From positions 46,630-110,629 of the forward strand of contig JBHPFV010000001.1 of assembly GCA_042571705.1 (NCBI GenBank): a DNA stretch of 64,000 nucleotides, written 5' to 3'. The notes under the pieces were generated by a model. The model did not search any database. It saw only the letters and a list, made by a program, of their open reading frames with translations, and was not told where the DNA came from. Source of the stretch: Candidatus Omnitrophota bacterium (GTDB lineage Bacteria > Omnitrophota > Gorgyraeia > JAFGHF01). Made by a program: the position numbers and the translations under genes. Within the stretch, counting starts at the first letter, position 1. Each line of letters opens with the position of its first letter. Positions 1 to 12,100 of the stretch are shown here, piece by piece.

Positions 1-13
1 AGATTAAACAAGG

Positions 14-41
14 TTGCCATATCAGCCTTACTGTCTATCAT
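14..41 (+). promoter_or_regulatory. Candidate sigma70-like promoter upstream of GTG 84
   Basis: TTGCCA (14-19), 16-nt spacer, TATCAT (36-41). No convincing SD before GTG 84. This conflicts with the possibility that the ORF continues upstream. Confidence 0.25.
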
Positions 42-83
42 TTTAAACAAAAAGCCAGTATAAAGGGCGCCCAATCTGCTAAT

Positions 84-195
84 GTGCTGGGTATTTTGCC
101 TGTGCTTGGTTTATCTACCCATAGCTTCTATGCCTTGGCGATTATTGGGTTAATTTTATTAGGAGCCGCTATCTATCGTTTGGGGCGTAAGGGCG
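84..195 (+). repeat. Junction J0 (LG..PVLG motif + TM + basic cluster) at the ORF start
   Basis: Peptide VLGILPVLGLSTHSFYALAIIGLILLGAAIYRLGRKG. DNA gtgctgggtat resembles J1-J3 (ctgggtatatc), and PVLG resembles J15/J24. Confidence 0.5.
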
Positions 196-3100
196 TGTTT
201 GCTGAACCTAAGCCTTGGTGGTCAGCGGGATTGGCATTTCTTTTGATGCCCTGGGCCTACCTATTCTCCAAATATCTGATTAATGTGCAGCAGGTGCCGG
301 CGGTGCCATTCATCTGCGCCTTGTATCTGGCTGCCTACCTTACGCTTTGGCTGGTGCACCAGAAGCTGTTTGGTTTTTATGCGCCGGAAAAGAAGCCTGT
401 CTCTGAGAAGCTTGCTTCTCATGCGTCAGCTCGTCGGCCCTGGGCATTGGAGCGCGCCACATGGAAACAGTTAAATCGAGAACAAAAGAAACAGATTTTT
501 TTGAGCGCGATTTTAGCCCATGTAATTCCACCTCTAGTCATTTATTATAGTTTTCAGGCTACCTCTGTTTTAGTTACGCTTACCCTGTTAACGTTAGGTA
601 CAGTCTTTTCGGTATGGATCAATCGCAAGGCCACAGACAATGTCAAGTGGCCAGAGGGACCGACACAGGAAGAAAGGGATGCTCACCAGGGCAAGCCGGT
701 TTATACTTACTCTGTAAATAATTGGGAGCTGGGCACAGCGGAAAGGGCAGCTAGTTATGAGCAGAAGCCAAAAGCTAAGCAAATAGCCAGGCGCAGGCGA
801 ATATTGAAGCGACTTTTAGATGAGGAAAAGGGATTCCGCGAGCATGCTCCACCTCAAGTAAGAGCGCGCATTGAGAATCGTCTGCAAAGATTCACTATAA
901 TCGTTGATCCCACCATTAAGACCTACGCTGAATGTAATATTCGCAGAAGAGAAATCTATCTGCATCCCGCCTTCTTTGATCTGGACTACTCAAGAGAAGT
1001 CGAAATTTTCTACCATGAAGCCGTTTCCCATATTGCCAAGCAAATTAAGAACGAACAAAAGGCCTTAGAGGACACCTTGTTCCTGTTCCGGATAAGTGTA
1101 GCTGAGACCAATGAGATTATGGGCGCAGCCGCCGCCTGGAAGATTGCCTGGGACATCAAGCAAGCCATAGCCGAAAGGGGAAGGGCGATAGTGCTCTGGG
1201 CCTCAGCGCCTTCGCAGCACACTACCTGGGATGCCCTAATCCCATTATTCAAACAATTTAACATCGATGCGACAAAAATTATCTGCTTCCATATGGATGA
1301 GTATGTAGGCCTAAAGCAGGATGCGCCGCAATTGTTCGGCAAGGTTTTGAGTGAGAGGTTATTTAGCCAGCTAGGTATTCCTAGACGAAATATCTATTAT
1401 TTCGATAGCCAGATAGGATATAAAACCGCGGTTCAATTAAGAAAAACCAGGGCAAAGGGCCAGATAAAGCGATTAACCAACCAATTAAAGCAGGAAATCC
1501 AACCACATCTTGACTATATCGTTGCTCAATTCCAAAAACACGGTGGCAGATTCGATACGGTAGTAGGAGGCATTGGCATCCATCCGCATGTAGCCTTTAA
1601 CGACTACCCCGGTGCCGACTTCAATGATCCCAAGATAGTTAAGCTGGTCAGGATTACTGATACCTCACGCTGGCAGCAGGTCAGGGATAAAGAATTTGAG
1701 AAAATTGAGGATGTGCCCACACATGCCTTTACCTTTACGCTGCCACCGATGTTTAACTCCCGAAGCATCCACATCATCGTGCCCAAGCCCTTTAAGGCTC
1801 AAGGGCTGAAGAAGACCCTGGATGGAAGGATCTGGATTAAGAGTCCGGCCTCGGGCCTGCGAAAGCAACATATCCTGCCCCGGGTCTGGTTCTATTTTGA
1901 CCGCGAGGCGGCCGCTAAATCAAAGGTAGCCCAAAGGATACTCGGCCTGAAAGGTTACGCCAGACCAAATTCTTATCCTTTAGCCATTCCGGAGAGGCCG
2001 GCACTGTTTTCTAACGATACAAGCTTAGATAAGCTACCTGTATGCAGAAATCCTCTGCCGCGGGCGCAGAAGATACTGGTCATCGAAAGCGCTAAGGCTG
2101 AGGCCCAGCTCTACGCCGGCAATCCAATTAATGATTTGCGGGTAGAGAATGAAGTACGCACCCTGACTGCAAAATCCGAAAAATATATTACCAGCTACAT
2201 CAAAAGATATCAGCCGCAAATAATTATTTTCCCGCATAAGATGCAATTGGAGATAGACCGGGCTTTACGAAAAGCCAAGCAGCGGCCTATTCTTGCGGAA
2301 TATCACACTCTCGAATTGCGCCCAGGCATGCTCTTTGTGGGTTACGGCCGGAAGATTTGGCAAGAAATCAAGAGTAAAGCCATTGGGGCGCATGCTTCCC
2401 AGATAAAAAGAATTGGCTTAATCCCGCTGGCAAAATACACGGATACGGCCGCGGCCCAGTTTGCCAAAAGTAAGGACGTTGCTCAATATAAAGGAGAGAT
2501 GGCCGAGATCTTTGTCACCAGGACAATTAAGGCCGGTGAGCTTTCAATAGATAAAGATGCGCCCAGTTTAAGCGTAAAAGATGTTCCTAAAAACGCGCTG
2601 GTGGTATGTAGCTCTGCCCATCCTGATGACATTGAAATTGCTTGCTCGGCATATTTGAATTATCTGAAGCGAAAAGCCGCCTACATTGCCAACATAGTGT
2701 TTACTTCCGGGCACCGAGTGGATATTCCGCATATTAACAACGATCCCAGCTTGAGCGGGCCGCAAAAGAAGGCGGCCAAGATAGACTTGAGGGAAAATGA
2801 GCTACAGGCCTCTGCGCGGGTTTTAAGGCTGGACCAGTATCATTTCCTTAAACTCGGATTTTATGACTGTACCGATGATCAGGGAAATAGAATAATTAAC
2901 AATATTGATAGAGACAAGGTGCGTAGATGTTTTATACGTTATATTCACCAATTCCAAAATGAAGGCCGCAGCCAATTTATTGTGTTTCTCAACTACAAGA
3001 TCGACTCCCACCCGGACCATGTCGCCACTAATGCTTTAACTAAAGAAGTCCTGAAAGAGCTTTCTATTGAATACGGAATCGAATTTAAACTGAAATTATA

Positions 3101-6100
3101 TATGGCCCCTTGGGCCGGCCCGGAAAACCTCTACCACTATTCCAGAAGCTTCCCTCTAGAAATGAAATCAGCCAAAACGCCCAGACAAAGGCTACTCTTG
3201 CAGGCAGCCATGAATCAGGCCCAGGCCTTAAGTGGAGTCAGCGGTGAGCTGGTTGGCACATTAGCCGCCACTCCGGTGAGTAAAGATAAACTTGGCGGTG
3301 TTTTTGTGCAGCGGCTTGCAGTGCAGCCCCGGGTGGTAGCAGCCTGCCCGGTTTTCGTTAGTGGAGGCGAAATGCTGGCTGCGGCCATTGTTATTCTGAC
3401 TTTAGCATTTGCTGTTAGGGTGATTTTGCAGCATTCAAGAGAGCGAAATGCGAACTGGAAAGATAAATTACCGTTTCCCTGGCAGCTGATGTGCTGGCTA
3501 GGGGCAGCAGTCAGCGGAATGGCCATAGCCATTCTCTGCGGCAAGTATTTGAATAGGCAAAAGGCATCAATGGAGAAGAAGGCACTCATCCGGTCGGATC
3601 AAAATCAGGAAAAAACAGTTCACTGTGCCGCAGGGGTGTTGGGCTTAGCCGCGCTGTTGGCGAATGTCCAGCCCGATAGCGCCGGCCTGACAACCTGGGT
3701 AATTGCTATTTTACTGACAGTAGGTTTGTTAGTTTACTTTGGCGCCTGGGCAACTATGCGCAAAATAGATAACTCTATTAAAGATTGGATAGAAGAGTTA
3801 GGGCAAAAACACAGTACCTTATACAAGAGTTCTGCTTTGAGAAAAAAGATGATTGTCTCAGCGTGTAAGGTTGATTTAGCAGGGCTAAAGAATGCCCTTA
3901 GAGCAATGATGCGGGATCCAGAAGATGAGCAAGTCAAAAGCGCTATCAAGGTAAATATAGTTGATTTTATACATCAGCAAGGATATAAGGCTGATGACCA
4001 TGAAAAGTATTTAAGCAATAGCTTAGAAATAGCCGCAGAAATAGAAACGAAGCTCAAACACTCTTCTTATAGAGCAAAACGTACTATCAGGAAAACGTGC
4101 GAATCACTGATCCAAATTTGTCAGGATATTATAGGTTGTTTAGAACCTCTGCAAGAAAGATCAGCAGATGATGCAATCAAGCTAAAGGGGGCAATGAGCT
4201 TTAATCTAGGTCTAAAAGATAGCGATGCAGACCTGTCGCAATTAATTCAACGATTTACTGTGATTGCTAAACAGGCTAAGGAAAGAAAAGCCGCGTTTGA
4301 GCAGATACTTAAGCAGTGTACGCAAAGAAAAGCAATGAATGAGCCGGGGCTGCGGCCCACAGATGCGCTTTGGTGGTTTGCCGGGCTGTTGATTATGGCC
4401 TTAATTGGCGTAGTGTATTTTGATCGAGTGTTGATGTTTGGGGGTCTTCCTTTTGCTTGGATAGTAATGAAATATGACTTAATCTACTGCTATTCATTTG
4501 ATCAAAAGCCGGATAACACCTTGCCCATAGCCATACCTGCGATTGATTATGAAGATCAGCATTTTAATGACTTGGTTGCTGAATATCGCTCTCTTGGCCA
4601 AAATGCCCAGAAAGCACAATTGAGCGTTAAAATGAGATTGCTTGAGCATCTTACCCGGGGTGGGCTAAGCAGACCAGCGGCTAAGACATTTGTGGGATTG
4701 CTGATTTCGCAAAAGCTCATAGAAAGAAAAATTGCTGACTGGATTATGACCTATGCTAAGGTGGCCCGGCAGTTTAGGTTCCTGGGCCGATTTGCCCATG
4801 CTCTGGGCATGCTGGGCATATTGGCTGGCTTTGGCTGGATTATCAGGGCCATGAGTTTTATGATTAAGCTGATCACTCTAAGGCAGCTGAAGAAAAATGA
4901 GCAGAGGAAGTTACAAGAAATGCTCTGTCAAAATTTTATGTTTAATCAGAGTACCTGGCTCTCCGGATTGAGCGAAGAAACCCTGGTTGAGCTGGAGCGG
5001 GTGTTTAAACAACTTAAACAGCCTTGCTCCCGTTCTGGCCTTAGCCTGGCTGCGCGGATATATCTCAGGTTTGAGTTATTGGAAGATGTAATGACAGGTG
5101 ATGGCAGGATTCTTCAGCCGCGGATTAATCAGTATAAGGATGAGATTATTCCGGCTGTTAAAGCGCTGGAAGATCTTACTGCGGGACATCCTACTCAAAG
5201 CGTAGGCTTGTTTATAAAAGTTAAACTTCCTAATCAACTTAAGGTTGAGCAAGTCTTTCGAGAAGCAGATCAGAACTTAAACCAAAATTTAAGTGATTTT
5301 TCACTGATGCTGATCCGTTATCTGGCCAGAATCAGATTAGCGAGCAGGTGCAGCATTATTCAGGAAGGAGGCAGCAAACTTATTCTATTTCCCCCTGCCA
5401 CTTATCCAGTTACGGTGCTGCTAATGCGTAAATTTATACATCTATATTGTTTGTATCTAGATCAATGGCTGCCGCGCTACGAAAATGATTTTAAGGACGT
5501 CATCAAAATCAAAAGAAGAGATTGCCTGGGATTGGTAAAAGATGCAGCGCTTTCAGGCCGGATAGAGGATAACAGGTTACATGATATAAGCTTGCGCTGC
5601 GAGCGCGCAGGTGGCAAATTGAGCGATATAGATGATTACCTATTCCCAGGCGCAATGAAGCGTGTAGTAGAGTTAGCAGAAAGGGGTAATCTTTTAGCCA
5701 TATGTCAGACGCTTAAAGATATCTGCATAAAAAGAGACAGAGATCTCGCGGTCAGACATCGGGCCCTAACGCTGCTCAGAGCGGCCTACCCAGCCGAGTA
5801 TAAACCAATTGCCGTTGCGGAAAAGGCATATTTTGAGTGGGAATTTAGGCGGCAATCACGCGGTGTGCTGCGCTTTTTAGGATTTAGCCCCTTTGACTTG
5901 GGCAAGGTAGAGTCCTGCCAAGCCGAAGAGCCGGATAAATCAGGATTGGTTAAGCATACCTTAGCGGTGCGTGGCCATGAGCCAATTAGTTTTTGGGCTC
6001 GAGAATTCAAGCGAGGCAAAGACCTTAAACAGGCCTTAAACAGAGAGATCAAAATAAACAACAGGGCTTTTAAACATGACTTAGCCTCACGGGCAAAATT

Positions 6101-9100
6101 GATTAAGCTCCATAGGGGTGGGGCTAAGCTGATTTTTAGACTGCAGGGCGTGCCTTTAAGAAATTTTGACTGGGCTGAGATTTCTGCGGATGAGGCTAAA
6201 GAGGTAGTCAGGACAATCGGCCTGGCCTTAGACAAGCTACACGCCTGCGGCATTGTCCACAATAGTCTTTGGGATATTGAAATAATAGAAAACAACATCC
6301 GAATTATAGAGGAGCAAGGTACGATTAAAGTACATTTTGCTAATTTTGCCTTTGCCGAAACCGCCATTCATTGGTTGCGGTTTACCCATGAGCGGGATAC
6401 CCTGATTAGTCTGCTGACAGAAAAACTAGATTCAACATATGCAGATGGCCAATTTGACTGTGCAGAATTTACTGCCTGCTATGAAAATTGGCCCTTGGGC
6501 AAGCAGAGGCATCCGCCAACAGCGATGATTGGCTGGATCTGGGAGCGTTGGATCGGTGAGGGCAGGGGCAAAATCTCAAGAAAAACCGCAGCCAGGATAT
6601 CGTTTACGCTTGAGGAAGGCTTTTTTGCCGGAATCTTACTTAATTTTCTGCCGTGGCTGTTTGCGAAAATTGGTTCCTTGGACCCCGGTGTTATGTTCGT
6701 GGTGTTGTTTTATCTCAGCATCGTCTGTTATGCCACATCCCACACCCGGATCTATCGCTGGCAGCAAGGTAAAGTTGAGGACGAAGAGGCCAATGTGCGT
6801 CATCTGTTCTGGTTTGCGCTCATAGGCTTCCTCTTCCGCATTGGTTACATTATTCCCGGTGTGCCGGGATGGTCGAGCCTGCTTCTAGCCTTAGCATTAC
6901 ACGCCCTGTATAACAATGTCGTTGTGCCACTTGTACCAAGGCTGCCTTTAGCGATGGCGGCGGATAAAGTAACTCCGGCAAAAGCGAAGCTATCTCGCCT
7001 GCAAAACTTTGCCCGGGATTTTAAGTATATGAAAAATATAACATATCGCATTATTAAGTTCAGATATAATGGCGCGCGCTTGGAAAACGGCAAATGTTAC
7101 ATTGTCAGAGCAAATAAGCCTGATGTACGTGCAGTTGAAGAAGCAAAGGTGCTTTTGGATATAAATCCGGAAAATGCCGTTCAGTCTTTGCCTAGCTTGA
7201 TAGGTTTTGTTAAGCCTGAAAGCGTTCAACAGGCCATGGAACATACTTTTAGCTGGTTTGATGATTTTTCTGATGCGATAGTGGTTGAATTTATTGATGG
7301 TCAGAAATTAGAAGATTATTTTGCCCGTGTTTTAACTCATGAAAAGAAAAGCCTGGGTGAACCTATCCTTTTTGAGTTGGTTTTGAAGATCCTGCGAGCT
7401 TATAAAGAAATTTACGCGGATAAAGGATATGTAGCTTGTGATTTGGATCCTTTTGGAATTATTGTGCAGGCAAAATATAATGGGATTGAAAGAGTTGTGT
7501 TTGTAGATAATGATGCCACGGCAAGGATCGATGACTTAAGTTCCGCAGCCATCTATAATAAACTTTCACACAAAGATGACTTCATAAGTGCAGATAGAAG
7601 AGCGAGGATTAACAAATATATCTTTTGCAAGGATGCCCTTGGGCTAAAACACGAGCGAGTTATTTCCTTGTCTAGAATGCTTTGTTTACCCAGAGACGAT
7701 GTTTACGCTTTATGCGCGACTTTATTACAATGTATTCATTATATTCCTCAAGCATGGTTTGATCAACCTAATCAAGGGAAGGCTAAGGCCAAGATTGCTC
7801 AATTAAAGCACTTGCTGTCAAAGTATAAACGCTTATCCTGCCGCGCGCGCAAACACGACCCAGCGTCAATAGATAATTTTATCCAAGATGTAGAGGCAAT
7901 AGCTGGGACCAAGCAGGCCAAAACAACACCCGCTACGGCGATGATCGGTCATTTCTGGAACTGGTTATACCAGAAAGATATAATATCCTTGGAGACCGCG
8001 GCCAGGATTGCCGGCTTAGAGGAGCTGGTGTTTGCTGGACTTTTACTTAATTTTATGCCTTGGTTTTTGGCAAAATGTGGATTCTTGGATCCTGCAATTT
8101 TTCAATTACTCTTTGTAATCAGCGTCATCTCCTTTGCTCTTCTTCACGATGCCTTCTATTTTTGGGAAGGCGATAAAGTTAATTTAGATTCTTTAATTGA
8201 TACCGAAACTGATAAAGTCTCATTTGCGCTCCTGGGCCTTGCCTTTAGATTAACTTATCTTATTCCCCAAATCAACCCCTGGCTTAGTTTAGCCATCGCC
8301 CTGGTTTTCCATACTCTCTACAACAATTTCATTGCTTGGAAGTGGTCTGATGATCTACCCATAGCCATGGCCAGTCAAAAGGCGAAAAGAGGAACAATGA
8401 AAAGAGCAATTTTCTCTGGTACTCGGGAGTACTCATTCACTAAGGATGATTTAACTACGAGGGTTCCTTGTTGGAGAAGATCTGTCGGAAGAGACAGAGG
8501 AAACAGAAGAAGAAGAGGATACTTTTCAATGGCAAAACAGGAACAAACCAACAAGACCGCGCTGGGTATATCTTTTGCGCCCATTCTAATGATCGCTGGG
8601 CTGGGGTTGATGTTGGGGCTGGTTGTGGTGTTTACCTTAGTGTTGTTGGGTTGGATGAGGAAAAAGGCGGGCAAAACACTATTATTTATAGCTGATAAAG
8701 GAGTTCCAATCTATCTCTATGTCTTGGAGAATCTTTTTAAGCAGCCCTTTAGAGATATCCTCTCCTTTATGAAAAGGCACTACCGTACATTTTCCATCAG
8801 GATGTTTAAAATAGATGTGGCTTCCACGCTGTCTAATTGGCTCAAAACCAAGTTGTTTAAGAATTTTGATGACCAGAGAGGATTTGAGAGGAATGAGTCT
8901 CATTTGGCCAGCGAAGATACGATTAAAGAGTGGGTCAAGGCCCAAGTTGCTGCCGGTGCCGATGTATTAGATCTTCATGTAGCAATTAAGGGAAGAGATG
9001 AGGCCGAAGATTTACTCTGGGTGATCGGATTGGCAAGAGAATGTACCACCCTGCCGATAAGTATTGACAGTGTTGATCCGCAAGTCGTTACCCAGGTGCT

Positions 9101-12100
9101 TCGGGCAACAGAGAATAGGACTGCCGACCCTAACGATAAAGATTATCTTTATGGTGGTCCGGTAGTGATTAATTCCATCAATGAGCAAAATGTGGCTGCT
9201 TTTACAGAAATCCTCACTGAGCAGAGTCTGCGGGATATTTCGGTGATTGTCCAGCCTCATCCCGGGCTAATATCTAAATACCTAGAGTGGGAAAAGTTAA
9301 CGGCGGCACAACTTGACAGCATTAAGCATTGCGTAGTAGCGCTCAAGGGATTAATTCCTGAAAGAGATATTTACATCGATCCGGGCATCCAACCAGTTGG
9401 GATGTATGGATCAGGATACGGGGTAATTGCCCTAACTCTGTTAAGAAAGATTAAGTCTGATCCTAAACTGGCGAATGTAAAAACCACGGGTGGATTCAGT
9501 AATGTAGGTAACAAATTAGAATTGTATAAAGATGTGAAGGAAAAATTTGAATCGGTCAAGCATATGAAATCTAAGCTGGCGCAGGCAAGTGTGATTATGG
9601 CTATGCTTTATCGGTCTTTAGACGCCGCCTTAATCGACCCAACAGACAGCGAGCTAATGGAGAGTATCAATATGGCTGGCCAAATCAATAAGGTCTGGGA
9701 GCAGTTGGAAGTTGAGGTTAGCAATCAGGAATTTCCTCTTGCTGACGAGAAATTGAGCGAGATCATTGATAAATATAATATCAGTATTGACGAAGAAAAG
9801 AAAGACCTGATCAATCAGGTTTGCATGCTGATGCTTATCGCCTCCAAGGCAGATCAGACTGATAAGTCTATGCTTGAGCCTGATTGGCAGCCTGAATGGG
9901 AGCCAAAGGTAAGCGCAGAAGACAGCGCTGCTAAGGCCCAACGCACGCTGCGGGCGGCCAGGGTAGCCCTGCTCAAGTCGGAGTACGGCGTGCGTAATCT
10001 ACTGGATGAATTTATCTTCGCCGAGCCAGTCATTGCTGAGCCGGAAGAGGATTCCGAAACCGAACAAGCGCTGGGCGTATCCGCTTTACCTATTCTAGCA
10101 TTCACCGACCCGCTATCAGTAGCTTTAGTTGTTTTCTTTTTGGTTTATGTAACATGGATATTTGTGGACTGGGCGTATTTCGAAGGTATGCGGCAGTTTG
10201 CCAGCTTTGAGCCGGTTGAATGGAAGGATATGCAGCCAGCGGTTCTATTTGTCAGACTGTCGAGTGGTTTGGAAGAATACCACAGGCTGGATGCTTTACG
10301 CGGTTATAATACCTTCGGCGCGCTGGCCAGCGCCTTAAGAAGTAAACAATTTTTACAAAAATTTGCTCACGCTAATAGATTAAACAGTCCCGAGTTTGTC
10401 TTTGAAAGTGAGGATGACTACCCTGATTTTGATGTGCATCTGGCCGATCTTTCCCGAAAGCCAGAGCAGGCTTCTATAGAAGAGTATTTAAATAATTTCC
10501 TCAGTGAGAAAAATATCCAACCATTTATGGTCTGCGTATCAGCCACCAGCACTGAACTTGACGAGGCCAAGGAAGTAGCTAGAGTTTCGGCTGAGATTAT
10601 GCCTGAGGCTAAGCGAGTGATCGGCGGGGCACATGTTTCAGTAGCACCTAATGGCTATTTACGCAAGACAGCATACCAGATTGCCTGTATCGGCGAAGGG
10701 GTAGAAACCCTGACCGAATTAGCTTTTGAGTTGAATGTTCAAGGCCGGCGCAGGCCGAAACTATCTAAAATTTCAGGCATTGCTTACAAAACCGCAAAAT
10801 TTTGGATACGCTTAACTCCGGATAGGATGCCTCAACTTAAGCTTAATGATTATCCTTATCCCTCAAATAGCTTAGATTTGTTTGTTGATAATTGGGAAAG
10901 CGTTGAGGAAAATAAGAAGTGCGTAATTCCGATATATGCCGGTTCAGGCTGTCGATACAATTGCGCCTTTTGCGCTCAAAAGGCAATCTACAAAGGAAGA
11001 ATCAGAGAGCGCAGCGCAGTTAGCATCTTTTCCGAGTTAAAGAAGTTACACAAAAAAGGTTTTAGAATGTTTAGGATGCTTCAAGAAAGCTTTCTCAATA
11101 ACAAGGACAGGAACAAGGGCAGGGTCGAACGATTTTTAGAGTTAATAGAGGCAGAAAAAGCCAAAAATGCAGATTTTAAGTTTAAATGGCAAGCAGAAGC
11201 CAGGGCCGACCAATTTGATGATTATAATTTATTGCGCAGGATGAGAGACAATGGATTATGGGGTATTGCGATAGGCTTAGAAACAGGCGACCAGGCGCTC
11301 CTTGACTCCTTAGACAAAAAAATCAAGCTTGAACAGGTGTCGCGGTTAATCGAATGGTGTGATGAGCTTGGTATCGATATAGTGGCTTACTTAATGGTTG
11401 GCCTGCCTAATCAAGATTGGCAGAGTGCGTTAAAGACAGTCATCTTCTTCAAAAGGAATCTGCCGCGTATTATTTATATTAAAATTAATCCATTTATTGC
11501 TGCTGCCTATCTAGGTACTAGACTCAGCAGAGACGGCTCAATAAGAATTATTAGAAAAGCAAAGAACAGCCTTGATTTACCTGTAAGCACTGAAACCGAT
11601 GCGAAGACTTCTGAAGAAATAACCGAAGCATGGGAACTCCTGAGTAAGTTCAATGTCGCCTTTGAAGCAATAACTAGAGTTGTTGTAGTAGACGGAACAG
11701 ACCTTTACGAAGTGCCTTTAGATAAGCCAACCACTTTAATAATTAGAAGGACTATGCGAGATCTTGTTATCCGGGCCCAGCCCAAACTTACGGCCAAGAA
11801 ACGCAAGCAGGCATATCAACAAATAGTTAAGCACGATGTAGCCGCAGATGTGGATATTGGTTTTGAGCGCGAACAACTGGCCACAAGGCTGTTTACCGAT
11901 TTTATTCTGGATATAAATTTTGCCAATGGATTTAAGGCAATGCGGCATTTCACTGTCGTCAACCGGATCAAATGGATGCTCCTCTGCGCCGCTATCTGGG
12001 GATTAAAGAATAGTGAATTTGATACTATAGAATTTACACAAGACGAAGATACGTTAGGACAAAAGCTCAACAACTCATTAGAGGTAGTTAGCCTTAAGGA

